Assembly: GCA_016788805.1 (NCBI GenBank)
Contig: JAEUSE010000001.1
Location: 1 to 25,095 of the forward strand
Source: Candidatus Doudnabacteria bacterium
GTDB lineage: Bacteria > Patescibacteriota > Doudnabacteria > UBA920
Direction of reading: 5' to 3'
Length of the DNA stretch: 25,095 nt
Shown: one piece after another, positions 1 through 8,007 of the stretch
Numbering within the stretch: the first letter of the stretch is position 1
How the letters are laid out: each line of letters starts with the position of its first letter
The notes under the pieces: generated by a model
Seen by the model: the letters and a program-made list of their open reading frames with translations, nothing else
The model's database searches: none
What the model was told of the DNA's origin: nothing
Program-made: the position numbers and the translations under genes

Positions 1-402
1 GACGTATTCTTGCTTATCCGTCAGTGGGCCGCCGCAGTGATTACAGGCATCGATGGCATGATGCTCCTCGGAGGTTATTTCATCTTCGGATGGCTTTGGC
101 CGGTGGTAGGAAGTGGCATCACGCGGCTGCTTGGTAGAACCATCAGTGTCACTACGGCCGCCAGAACGAGGACGCTTCTTGCGGCCGAAGACCATGGTTT
201 CTAGCTCGGTGATTCTGGCATTCTGGTTTTCGATGATGGCATCATACCTAGCCGTTAGCTCGGCTATGATCTGAGGGCATTGTTTGTGCTCGTCAGTTAT
301 TACATCGAACTTATCCTTCAGCTCATAGTAGAGGCGTTTAAAGTTACGCCCCTCGGTTAGCTTTTGCTTGATCTGTTCGTCGGTGAGTTTGTGCCTGCCC
401 AT
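1..402 (-). CDS. IS66-family transposase (TnpC-like), 5' portion; runs off the left edge of the window
   Basis: Hand translation of the minus strand from ATG at 402 is open to base 1: MGRHKLTDEQIKQKLTEGRNFKRLYYELKDKF...ARITELETMVFGRKKRPR...SYHRPKPSEDEITSEEHHAIDACNHCGGPLTDKQEYV. A coiled coil ending in LxxxxFGRK followed by a CxxCGGxL zinc finger is the IS66 TnpC N-terminal architecture. It is absent from the supplied ORF track, probably because it has no stop in the window. Confidence 0.8.
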   Translation of the reverse strand, partial: MGRHKLTDEQIKQKLTEGRNFKRLYYELKDKFDVITDEHKQCPQIIAELTARYDAIIENQNARITELETMVFGRKKRPRSGGRSDTDGSTKQPRDATSYHRPKPSEDEITSEEHHAIDACNHCGGPLTDKQEYV

Positions 403-429
403 GTTTTTGTTTCTTTATTGTTCATGGTT

Positions 430-438
430 ATTGTAGCA
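430..438 (-). promoter_or_regulatory. Putative extended -10 promoter (TGcTACAAT) for the IS66 transposase
   Basis: Minus strand reads TGC-TACAAT, 27 nt upstream of the ATG at 402. Confidence 0.45.
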
Positions 439-474
439 TGACCCCGGCTGGTGAGCAGGCATAACCGTACTCAT

Positions 475-493
475 CCACCACCTTTGCAACATC
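475..493. repeat. Left terminal inverted repeat of the IS481-like element
   Basis: CCACCACCTTTGCAACATC versus TCAAGACCTTTGCAACATC (reverse complement of 1506-1524). Positions 480-493 are a perfect inverted match to 1506-1519. Confidence 0.75.
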
Positions 494-494
494 C

Positions 495-524
495 TTGAAC
501 CAAAAACGGTAGGCGTCCTACACT
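495..524 (+). promoter_or_regulatory. Putative sigma70-type promoter of the IS481 transposase
   Basis: TTGAAC (495-500), 18 nt spacer, TACACT (519-524). A Shine-Dalgarno GAGGAG at 547-552 lies 6 nt before ATG 559. Confidence 0.5.
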
Positions 525-558
525 GTTAAGTGCTAACCATAACAGAGAGGAGCCTACC

Positions 559-1524
559 ATGGCTTATTCTAGCAATCCTAACTTACCAAAAGCGAGAGCA
601 ATTGCCATGCAATTGCTGGTGCGTGAGCAACTACCCGCAGGGGTAGTTGCGAATAAGTGTGGCGTGCATCGCAGTACGATCTACCGTTGGAAGCGGAAAT
701 GGGATGTCCTAAACCAAGATGTGCAAATGGACAACCCCAACCGGTCCAACCGAGTCTACAGCCGCACCAACCACCTGAGCCGCTGTACTTGGCGTATTCC
801 GACAGCTGCATCGCGTCCATACACTAGCCCCACTGCCATCAGCCCCGAGCTTGTGCGGCTCGTCCTTGCGGTTCGCGCACAGCTGAAACGTTGTGCTGAG
901 GTGGTCTGGCATCACCTCGCCACTGTCCTCGGTGTTTCAGTGTCACTGAGTAGTGTCCGACGCATTCTGTGGCGCTCGGACATTGCCCGTGGCCGAAAGA
1001 ACCGCATCCGCCGAGATAACCCCAGACGGCCAGCGGTGACTGCCCCTGGTGAACTGGTTCAAACCGACACCATCCACCATGTCGATCCGAAGACTGACAG
1101 GCGATTGTACTACTACACGGTCATTGATCTGTTCACCAGGATGACCTACGTCATTCTGGCGCCCAAGCTCCGGCAAGGCATTGCCGCACAGGCCATATTA
1201 GAAGCCCAGAGAGCATGGGGCTTCACAATCTCCATAGTGCAAGCAGACAATGGTCCCGAGTACGGACGCTACTTTGAACAGGTCATGAAGTAGCACGACA
1301 TACCAACCAGACACAGTAGGCTCCACCGCCCCAATGACAATGCCCACATTGAACGCTTTAACCGCACCATCCAAGAAGAATGCATTGGGCATTCCTGGGA
1401 CAGGAGCGTACCGCTCCCGTCCCAGCAAGCCAAGCTTTGCGCTTGGCTTGGGTACTACAACACACAAAGAGTACACTTAGGGATACATATGTTGACGCCT
1501 ATGCAGATGTTGCAAAGGTCTTGA
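559..1524 (+). pseudogene. IS481-family transposase with premature in-frame TAG at 1291-1293
   Basis: N-terminal HTH (AGVVANKCGVHRSTIYRWKRKW) and integrase core (PGELVQTDT, VQADNGPEY). After the TAG the same frame continues 76 codons (HDIPTRHSRLHRPNDNAHIERFNRTIQEEC...YYNTQRVHLG...MLQRS) to TGA at 1522-1524. This continuation contains the third DDE residue. Confidence 0.85.
1506..1524. repeat. Right terminal inverted repeat of the IS481-like element
   Basis: GATGTTGCAAAGGTCTTGA, an inverted copy of 475-493 that encodes the last transposase codons and the TGA stop. Confidence 0.75.
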
Positions 1525-1559
1525 GTTCTCTACGCAATTTATAAAATGAGAAAATATAG

Positions 1560-1565
1560 TATAAT
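1560..1565 (+). promoter_or_regulatory. Putative -10 box (TATAAT), 7 nt before ATG 1573
   Basis: TATAAT-atacttt-ATG with no Shine-Dalgarno in between. Confidence 0.5.
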
Positions 1566-1572
1566 ATACTTT

Positions 1573-2532
1573 ATGGTAAAACCCAGAGAGCTCTCGCTTA
1601 AAGAAAAAATCCAGGTCCGTAAAAAGCTACCCCGCACGCTAGGGCTCGCGTCCCTAGCCTTAACGGGATTGCTGCCCTTTATGGCACATGAGCATTTTGA
1701 TAACAAGCAAGAATATGCTGACCAAGCAAGGGCCGCTAAAGCCAAAGTAGTAGCCGCACAAGCCGTCCACGAAACTGCATCTGCCAGAGCGGCTGAAGAA
1801 CAAGTGGCAAATATGCAACAAAAAGTGCGACATAGTCTTTTCTTTGGCTATGGCTATGCGGCACTTGCTGCGATGCAGGCGCTTGGTCTTGCGGGGAGTG
1901 AGCGTCGAGTTTGGCGCGGTATACACCTTGCTACCTCGCGAAAAGGCCAGGTGATGATGGGTGGTCTTCTGCCGCGGTTGAATATTGAGAGTAGTCTGCC
2001 CGCAAGACCGACCTTTAGGAAGAAGATGGCAGAAGATAGGTATGCTTCAGCTACAGGAGGGTCCGCCATGCCTGAAGGTATTAAAGACTCTATCCACGGT
2101 GCGTTTTATAAGTTGGAGCGCGTTAAGTATGACAGGGAAAAGCCACTTCAAGGTAACAATGCTTTTGTTGGTGCGCTTGGCGCGACCGCACATGCGCTGG
2201 AGAGTCTAGGCGATGCGGAGAGTGCATGGAGTGGTGAGTTACTGGCCTCACCGTTTTATAAAGTCGGTTCTCGTGCCCCGGGTTTGCGAGCAGTATCTTC
2301 ACGCAGACTTTCCGGTCTTCGGACGGAATCAGAGTGCAGAACGAACAATCTTGTGACAGACTTGAGTGCACTTGATTTAGTATTTCCGATACAAGAGGGC
2401 GACCCGGTTGACCCAGCGGCAAACGGTGGTTGGGGTGAGTATATAGGTGGTTTAAGCCGCAGTAAAATCAAAACAGTAGAGCTTGTTTACGATTGCCTCG
2501 TAGCAGCACATCGCGCCGGTGTCTCAAGATAA
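1573..2532 (+). CDS. Hypothetical protein with two N-terminal hydrophobic segments; no family recognised
   Basis: Long ORF (track 1546..2532). Start moved to ATG 1573 because of the -10 box 7 nt upstream. Hydrophobic stretches TLGLASLALTGLLPFM and LFFGYGYAALAAMQALGLAG flank an Ala/Gln-rich helix. Confidence 0.65.
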   Translation: MVKPRELSLKEKIQVRKKLPRTLGLASLALTGLLPFMAHEHFDNKQEYADQARAAKAKVVAAQAVHETASARAAEEQVANMQQKVRHSLFFGYGYAALAAMQALGLAGSERRVWRGIHLATSRKGQVMMGGLLPRLNIESSLPARPTFRKKMAEDRYASATGGSAMPEGIKDSIHGAFYKLERVKYDREKPLQGNNAFVGALGATAHALESLGDAESAWSGELLASPFYKVGSRAPGLRAVSSRRLSGLRTESECRTNNLVTDLSALDLVFPIQEGDPVDPAANGGWGEYIGGLSRSKIKTVELVYDCLVAAHRAGVSR

Positions 2533-2608
2533 AGTGGCAGCAGCACTTAAAACCATACAGTACCGGTATTAACGATTTACATACGTACGTTTAACGATGC
2601 GGATGTAG

Positions 2609-3538
2609 TTAGCGGGAGCGCCAGTCAGAGACGACGTCGGCTATGGTGGTGTCGAGGCTAAGCTCGGGTTGCCAACCGGTGTGAGCAGAGATCTTGTCGT
2701 GGCTACCATAGATGTCTGGTGTGTCCGAGGGGCGCATGCGAGCTGGGTCCTGTTCGACTGTAACTTGCGAAGCGGCTTTTGCCAGAATGAGGTCCAACAT
2801 TTCCTGGCCGCTGTGGCTTTGGCCAGAGCAGATATTATATGTTTCACCGGAGCGACCCTTTTCGAGCAGTAAGCGGTAAGCGCGTGCTATGTCACGCACA
2901 TCGGTATAATCGCGTTTGGCTTCCAGATTGCCCACCATGACTTTGTTGGCTGCACCCCGTTCGACGTCGATTACCTGCTTGGTAAGGTCGGGCACTAAAA
3001 AGCCCAAGTTCTGGCCCGGTCCAATGTGGTTAAATGGCCGAGCGATTACCACCTCGAAGCCGCGCGTCGTGTAGTATTTGCCCATTTCTTCTTGGCCGAT
3101 TTTACTGACAGCATACGGTGAATTGGACAGCACGGGGGACTGCTCAGTTATGGGCAAATCTGCATTTGAATCATACAAAGACCCACTGCTAACGACGATA
3201 AACTTTGGTTTTACGCCTTGCTTTGTAGCTTCTTCAAATAGGTTAACCTCTAGCCCAACATTGGTTGCGACGTAGAGGAGCGGTTGGTCAAACGAGGGGC
3301 CAACAGCAGCCATACCAGCCAAGTGAATTACGCCCTCAACATCCTGAAAGTCTATGTTGGCGACTTCCTCTGGTTTGCTTAAGTCAGCAACGATATATTT
3401 ATACAAGCCTTCGGGCTCTTTCATACCGGGCAGCACCGGGCCACCGACGCCTATAACATCGTAGCCAGCTGCGGACAACTCTTTTACTAAATGATTGCCA
3501 ACAAATCCGTTGGCGCCTGTGACGATAATTTTGCTCAT
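2609..3538 (-). CDS. rmd: NAD(P)-dependent extended SDR, Rmd-like (GDP-4-keto-6-deoxy-D-mannose reductase; family often labelled GDP-mannose 4,6-dehydratase)
   Basis: TGANGFVG Rossmann motif, YAVSK catalytic motif, and RPFNHIGPGQ and VGNLEAKRDYTDVRD segments typical of the Rmd/Gmd branch. Start at MSKIIVTG (3538) puts the Rossmann motif at the N-terminus. Confidence 0.7.
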   Translation of the reverse strand: MSKIIVTGANGFVGNHLVKELSAAGYDVIGVGGPVLPGMKEPEGLYKYIVADLSKPEEVANIDFQDVEGVIHLAGMAAVGPSFDQPLLYVATNVGLEVNLFEEATKQGVKPKFIVVSSGSLYDSNADLPITEQSPVLSNSPYAVSKIGQEEMGKYYTTRGFEVVIARPFNHIGPGQNLGFLVPDLTKQVIDVERGAANKVMVGNLEAKRDYTDVRDIARAYRLLLEKGRSGETYNICSGQSHSGQEMLDLILAKAASQVTVEQDPARMRPSDTPDIYGSHDKISAHTGWQPELSLDTTIADVVSDWRSR

Positions 3539-3544
3539 GCCGGT

Positions 3545-3553
3545 AGTATGACA
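3545..3553 (-). promoter_or_regulatory. Putative extended -10 (TGt-CATACT), 6 nt before ATG 3538
   Basis: Minus strand TGT-CATACT-accggc-ATG. Confidence 0.4.
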
Positions 3554-3594
3554 GACGTCGCTATACGTCGCAATAAACCGTATCAATATACTAG

Positions 3595-4761
3595 CTAGCG
3601 TGTGCTGCTGAGCTGCTCAAGAGCTGCGGCAACAATGCGCGCATTCTCTTCCCAGCTATATGCTTGCAGCCTTTCTCGTCCACTGCGAATAAGCTTTTGT
3701 TGCAGCTTTTCGTCCGAAAGCAGCAGGGCTAGTTTTTCTGCAATATCTGTCGGGTTTTCTTTATCGAAATATAGCACTGCGTCTTTGGCGACCTCACGGA
3801 ACACAGGTATATCACTAGTGGCAACGGGCACATCGTACTGCATGGCTTCAAAAATGGGCATACCAAAGCCTTCATAATGTGACGGCATAGTAAAACAGCG
3901 AGCGTTAGAATAGAGGGCAATTTTTTCTTCGTCACTGATATAACCTGTTTGAATTATATTGCACCCTGCACGAATTGCGGCTGCAATTGCTTCGAGTATT
4001 TCCTCGTCTTTCCAGCCTTTGCCACCGGCGAGTACTAGCGAGTAGGCGTCACGTATTTCCTGTGGCAATAGCGCGTATGACTCCACGAGCTGTTTGATAT
4101 TTTTGCGCGGTTCAATCGTACCTAAATAGAGAATATACTTGTTGGCTTGAATACCGAGACTGGATAAGCGTTCGGGAATCGTATCGCTTCTAATGACAGT
4201 ATCAGCAACTGGTGGTATGGGTGTAACGATTATTTCTGCACGCATGTCTGGGTAGTAATGCAGTAGACGTTGTTTTGTGAACTCTGAGATGGTGATGATG
4301 AGGTCGGCTGAGTTGATTGAAGGTGGGCAAAACCTTCGTAGGTAAGTAAGGTTAACAGGCTGAGTGAACTCAGGGCAATCTAGAAAGCTCAGGTCATACA
4401 CAGCGAGAGCTATCTTGCGTCTACGGATTGCCCGGAGTGCAACGTAGTTCGTGTAAAACACAATGTCAGCTGACCTGGTCGAGGTAAAAAGCTCAAGGGG
4501 CGGCTGAAAACCAAGCCGTCTAGTGACCGACAAGATTTTACCTGGAATCAGTAATATCTTGCGGAACGTAACACCAGGAATGCTTGGAGTCTTCTTGTGG
4601 TTAGTATTGAGAAAGTCGAAGTAATAACCATGCAGATTTTTGCCGTTGGCTTGTTCTCCAAGCTTCCGAATCAAAAAGTCGACATAATACCCAATCCCAG
4701 TTTTGGTATTATCAATCATCGGTGATGCTTCAAAAAGTATATCTAGCGATTTATTACGCAT
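3595..4761 (-). CDS. Glycosyltransferase family 4 (WbdB/MtfB/WbpY-like mannosyl- or rhamnosyltransferase)
   Basis: YLGTIEPRKN, YEGFGMPIFEAM (EX7E) and SDIPVFREV motifs of GT-B GT4 enzymes. Confidence 0.88.
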   Translation of the reverse strand: MRNKSLDILFEASPMIDNTKTGIGYYVDFLIRKLGEQANGKNLHGYYFDFLNTNHKKTPSIPGVTFRKILLIPGKILSVTRRLGFQPPLELFTSTRSADIVFYTNYVALRAIRRRKIALAVYDLSFLDCPEFTQPVNLTYLRRFCPPSINSADLIITISEFTKQRLLHYYPDMRAEIIVTPIPPVADTVIRSDTIPERLSSLGIQANKYILYLGTIEPRKNIKQLVESYALLPQEIRDAYSLVLAGGKGWKDEEILEAIAAAIRAGCNIIQTGYISDEEKIALYSNARCFTMPSHYEGFGMPIFEAMQYDVPVATSDIPVFREVAKDAVLYFDKENPTDIAEKLALLLSDEKLQQKLIRSGRERLQAYSWEENARIVAAALEQLSSTR

Positions 4762-4770
4762 ACTGCACTA

Positions 4771-4779
4771 ATAGTATCA
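4771..4779 (-). promoter_or_regulatory. Putative extended -10 (TGa-TACTAT), 9 nt before ATG 4761
   Basis: Minus strand TGA-TACTAT-tagtgcagt-ATG. Confidence 0.45.
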
Positions 4780-4803
4780 CGGGAGTTGGCGGGGGTCGCT
4801 ACC

Positions 4804-4832
4804 TTGCTGTGGACATAGTTTAAGGGTAGAAT
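4804..4832 (+). promoter_or_regulatory. Putative promoter of the wzm-wzt-methyltransferase-GT operon
   Basis: TTGCTG (4804-4809), 17 nt spacer, TAGAAT (4827-4832), 10 nt before ATG 4843. Confidence 0.5.
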
Positions 4833-4842
4833 TGATTGGTAC

Positions 4843-5646
4843 ATGCAAAAATTACGAGAGAAGTATCACTATCCACGTATCTTACTACGCGAGTTGGTGA
4901 AGACAGATTTTAAGCTTCGGTATCAAGGATCAACCCTTGGATACTTGTGGTCATTACTTCGACCGCTCTTTATGTTCACCATCTTGTATCTAGTTTTTGT
5001 TAAATTCTTAAAGATTAATAACAAGGTTGAGCACCCTGCCGTGTATCTACTGCTAGGTATCGTGCTTTGGAACTACTTTGTCGAGGTAACGACAGGAAGT
5101 ATCACTGCCATTGTTGGTAAGGGTGACTTGATGCGCAAGATCAACTTCCCAAAGTACGTTATTATCCTCGCCGGGTCAGCTAGCGCGCTCATCAATCTAG
5201 GGCTTAACTTTATTGTGATTGCTATATTCATGTTTATTAACCATGTGGATTTGACGGTTTACGCATTATTAATAATCCCGCTCGTGCTACAACTTTTCAT
5301 TCTTTCGCTCGGTGTAGCATTCTGGTTGAGCGCGCTCTTTGTCAAGTTGCGCGATGTCATATACATATGGGATGTTGTGACTCAAGCAGGGTTCTACTTA
5401 ACTCCTGTGCTATACCTAATCACGCTACTACCCGACAGACTTGCTAGACTGTCAGTTTTGAACCCAATGGCCCAAATCATTCAAGATGCACGGTACGGAC
5501 TCGTGACGAAGCAATCAGCCACCATGGCCAGCTATTGGGAAAACGCCCTAGTATGGCTAATCCCCATCCTACTATGCTTGATTATATTCGCAACTGGTGC
5601 TCTGTATTTCCGCTCCCAGTCCAAGAAGTTTGCGGAGGAGGTCTAA
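4843..5646 (+). CDS. wzm: Polysaccharide ABC transporter permease (Wzm/RfbD, ABC-2 type)
   Basis: ELVKTDFKLRYQGSTLGYLWSLLRPL N-terminal signature, about six hydrophobic helices and an LNPMAQII motif; directly upstream of the ATPase. Confidence 0.93.
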   Translation: MQKLREKYHYPRILLRELVKTDFKLRYQGSTLGYLWSLLRPLFMFTILYLVFVKFLKINNKVEHPAVYLLLGIVLWNYFVEVTTGSITAIVGKGDLMRKINFPKYVIILAGSASALINLGLNFIVIAIFMFINHVDLTVYALLIIPLVLQLFILSLGVAFWLSALFVKLRDVIYIWDVVTQAGFYLTPVLYLITLLPDRLARLSVLNPMAQIIQDARYGLVTKQSATMASYWENALVWLIPILLCLIIFATGALYFRSQSKKFAEEV

Positions 5647-5650
5647 CATA

Positions 5651-6871
5651 ATGTCGGAAAAACAACCAGACAAACAAATCGCAATTCGCGTAGACCACGT
5701 TAGCAAAAATTTTGTTCTGCCACACGAAAGAGTCACGAGCGTTAAGAGCGCGTTCGTAAAACTCTTCAAGAAAAAGGACAAGAGTAAAGAAGTGCAGCAT
5801 GCTTTGCGTGATATCAACTTTGAGGTGCAAGAAGGTGAATTCTTCGGCATAGTTGGGCGTAATGGTTCGGGCAAAAGCACACTACTCAAAATACTTGCGA
5901 ACATCTATCTGCCAACAAAAGGCAAAATCTATACTCGCGGAAAACTTGTGCCATTCATCGAGCTAGGTGTTGGTTTCAACCCAGAGCTTACTGGTCGAGA
6001 AAATGTGTACTTGAATGGGGCGCTACTTGGTTTTAACACTAAGGAGATTGACGCAATCTACGACGAAATCGTTTCCTTTGCCGAGCTTGAAGACTTCATG
6101 GACCAGAAGCTAAAGAATTACAGCTCGGGCATGCAAGTCCGCCTTGCCTTCTCGATGGCCACTCGTTCTGAAGCCGACATACTGCTAATCGACGAAGTAC
6201 TGGCTGTTGGCGACGCCGAATTCCAGCGCAAATGTTTTAATTATTTTCATGAGCTCAAACGCAAAAAGAAAACGGTAATCTTCGTAAGCCACGATATGAA
6301 CGCAGTACGCGAATATTGCGATCGAGCCATACTCATCGAGTCAAGTAGGGCTCAACAGATGGGCACTGCTGACGCAATCGCCCAACTCTACACGAGACTT
6401 TTCATTGAATCGACCAACAAAGATGATGATGCGGCGAAAAATCCTGATTTGCGCTGGGGTACCAAAGAAGTGTCCTACACGAGCATAGCTGTCACGCCTC
6501 GTGTTCTATCAGACGAGGAGTATCTCCAGATCAAACTAGTTGCTACTGCCGCCAAAGACATCGAGGGAGCTGTGTTTGGCGTTAGGGTGCGTAATGCGGC
6601 TGGGCTTGGCCTTCTTGGTACGAACTCAAAGCTTCTCAAGCGTCCCGTTCCCCCGCTTAAAGCTGGCGAGACCATTAAGCTTGAATGGAGAGTCCCGAAT
6701 GTATTTAAGGACGGCAAGTATTCGGTTGATCCAGCCATCACTCTACAAGATGGTGAGATATGCGATTGGTGGGACGATGCAGCGACATTTACTACTAAAA
6801 AAAATGATCACATTCCATATGTCATTGCACCTGATATTGAAATGACCATAACAATAGCAAACCAGTCATGA
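5651..6871 (+). CDS. wzt: Polysaccharide ABC transporter ATPase with C-terminal Wzt_C carbohydrate-binding domain
   Basis: Walker A GRNGSGKST, signature YSSGMQVRLAF, Walker B LLIDEVLAVGD, H-loop VSHD, plus about 150 aa of beta-rich C-terminal extension. Start moved to ATG 5651, 4 nt after the wzm stop. Confidence 0.93.
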   Translation: MSEKQPDKQIAIRVDHVSKNFVLPHERVTSVKSAFVKLFKKKDKSKEVQHALRDINFEVQEGEFFGIVGRNGSGKSTLLKILANIYLPTKGKIYTRGKLVPFIELGVGFNPELTGRENVYLNGALLGFNTKEIDAIYDEIVSFAELEDFMDQKLKNYSSGMQVRLAFSMATRSEADILLIDEVLAVGDAEFQRKCFNYFHELKRKKKTVIFVSHDMNAVREYCDRAILIESSRAQQMGTADAIAQLYTRLFIESTNKDDDAAKNPDLRWGTKEVSYTSIAVTPRVLSDEEYLQIKLVATAAKDIEGAVFGVRVRNAAGLGLLGTNSKLLKRPVPPLKAGETIKLEWRVPNVFKDGKYSVDPAITLQDGEICDWWDDAATFTTKKNDHIPYVIAPDIEMTITIANQS

Positions 6872-8007
6872 GGATTAGTTATTCCCAAAACAAAGAAGAC
6901 ATTATCTTGCAAGGCTTTTTCCCTGATATTAAAAACGGTTTTTATGTAGACGTTGGTGCGAATCATCCAGTCGACCTGTCAGTTACAAAACTTTTTTATG
7001 AAAAAGGCTGGCGGGGGATAAACGTAGAACCGAATGCATACCTATATGGCAAGATTGTTGCCGATAGAAACAGGGATGTAAACCTGAATATTGGCATAGC
7101 AGATAAGGCGACCATGCTTACTTTGCGTGAATACCCTGAAGGGGATGGGCTATCAACTTTTCAGCCGGAGTCACAAAAAGCCTATGAAAATAAAACCAGT
7201 GAGTATCATAAATTCACAGAAAAGCATGTTGATAGAAAAGTTGCAGTTCGCCCGCTTAAAGACGTACTTGCTGAATATGCTGAGAATAAAACAATCAACT
7301 TCATGAGCATAGACGTTGAGGGTTTTGAGTATCAGGTCATTAGGGGCAATGACTGGGAAAAATTTAGGCCGCAAGTTATCTGCATTGAGGCAAATCACAT
7401 CGTTCAAGACTGGCGCCCACTTTTGCTTGAGGCTCATTATAAGCTGGCTTTTTTTGATGGCTTAAATAATTATTATGTTGCAGACGAGTGTTCGGAACTT
7501 GCCGAAAATTTCTCGTATGTCAAAGCGGTGCTCATTGATGGGCCGATAACTCCGAAGCCTGTTGCTGACGAAATCGAAAGTTTTCGTTTGAGAGAGTTAG
7601 CGCTTGAAGAAAAACTGGCGCGGAGAACAGCCCTTAATCAGAATCTGAGCAATGAAATTAGAAGGCTAAACACCCACATCGCAGAGCAGGAAAGGCTCAA
7701 GATGAGTGTTAAGCACTTGATAGTCGTTATACATAAGATAGTACTGCTCAACATTGAGAAGCTGAATAGGCAGGCCAAGAGACCCTTGCCAAAGATTCCA
7801 CAAAGCCTCTCTGCCGTGCTAGCAGTTACAGAACGAGAGAAGCAGTTGCATTTGTATGATGTTAGTGTTTATTACGACTATGCTCCAAAGAATCGAATCT
7901 TGTACAAAATAACACTCAACACATACATGGCGTCTTTACGAGTCATCTATGCGGCCGCCAAGATACTATACAAAGGCCTGCGCTTGATTCGGAGGGTTGT
8001 AAGATGA
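6868..8007 (+). CDS. FkbM-family SAM-dependent methyltransferase with C-terminal coiled coil (WbdD-like chain terminator candidate)
   Basis: YSQNKED, FYVDVGANHP, GWRGINVEP and SIDVEGFE motifs. Heptad-rich aa ~232-279 and a basic amphipathic C-terminus. ATGA overlaps with both neighbours. Confidence 0.85.
   Translation: MRISYSQNKEDIILQGFFPDIKNGFYVDVGANHPVDLSVTKLFYEKGWRGINVEPNAYLYGKIVADRNRDVNLNIGIADKATMLTLREYPEGDGLSTFQPESQKAYENKTSEYHKFTEKHVDRKVAVRPLKDVLAEYAENKTINFMSIDVEGFEYQVIRGNDWEKFRPQVICIEANHIVQDWRPLLLEAHYKLAFFDGLNNYYVADECSELAENFSYVKAVLIDGPITPKPVADEIESFRLRELALEEKLARRTALNQNLSNEIRRLNTHIAEQERLKMSVKHLIVVIHKIVLLNIEKLNRQAKRPLPKIPQSLSAVLAVTEREKQLHLYDVSVYYDYAPKNRILYKITLNTYMASLRVIYAAAKILYKGLRLIRRVVR

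Larger units (their letters stand above)
475..1524 (+). mobile_element. IS481-family insertion sequence (~1050 bp)
   Basis: Bounded by imperfect terminal inverted repeats (16/19 match, inner 14 bp perfect) and contains an HTH + DDE integrase-core reading frame. The right repeat overlaps the transposase stop codon. No target-site duplication was recognised. Confidence 0.75.

Noticed and set aside
10-204. 64-aa plus-strand ORF in the track
   Set aside because: It is the antisense shadow of the IS66 transposase frame, which carries recognisable motifs.
523-545. CTGTTA...TAACAG hairpin between the IS481 promoter and its ribosome-binding site
   Set aside because: Only 6 bp with an 11-nt loop, and it does not cover the Shine-Dalgarno; too weak to call.
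1291-1293. Genome-wide TAG recoding (alternative genetic code)
   Set aside because: TAG terminates GlmS exactly at its conserved C-terminus and ends other full-length genes. TGA also acts as a stop in several ATGA overlaps, so code 25 is not indicated either.
2532-2598. AAGTG/CACTT mini-hairpin and TTAACGAT direct repeat (2569-2576, 2591-2598) between convergent genes
   Set aside because: A 5-bp stem with no U-tract is not a credible terminator. An 8-bp AT-rich repeat 14 nt apart is expected by chance and cannot be shown to be an IS footprint.
5597-5650. N-terminal extension of Wzt in the ORF track
   Set aside because: It overlaps wzm by 50 nt. ATG 5651 just after the wzm stop gives a normal Wzt N-terminus.
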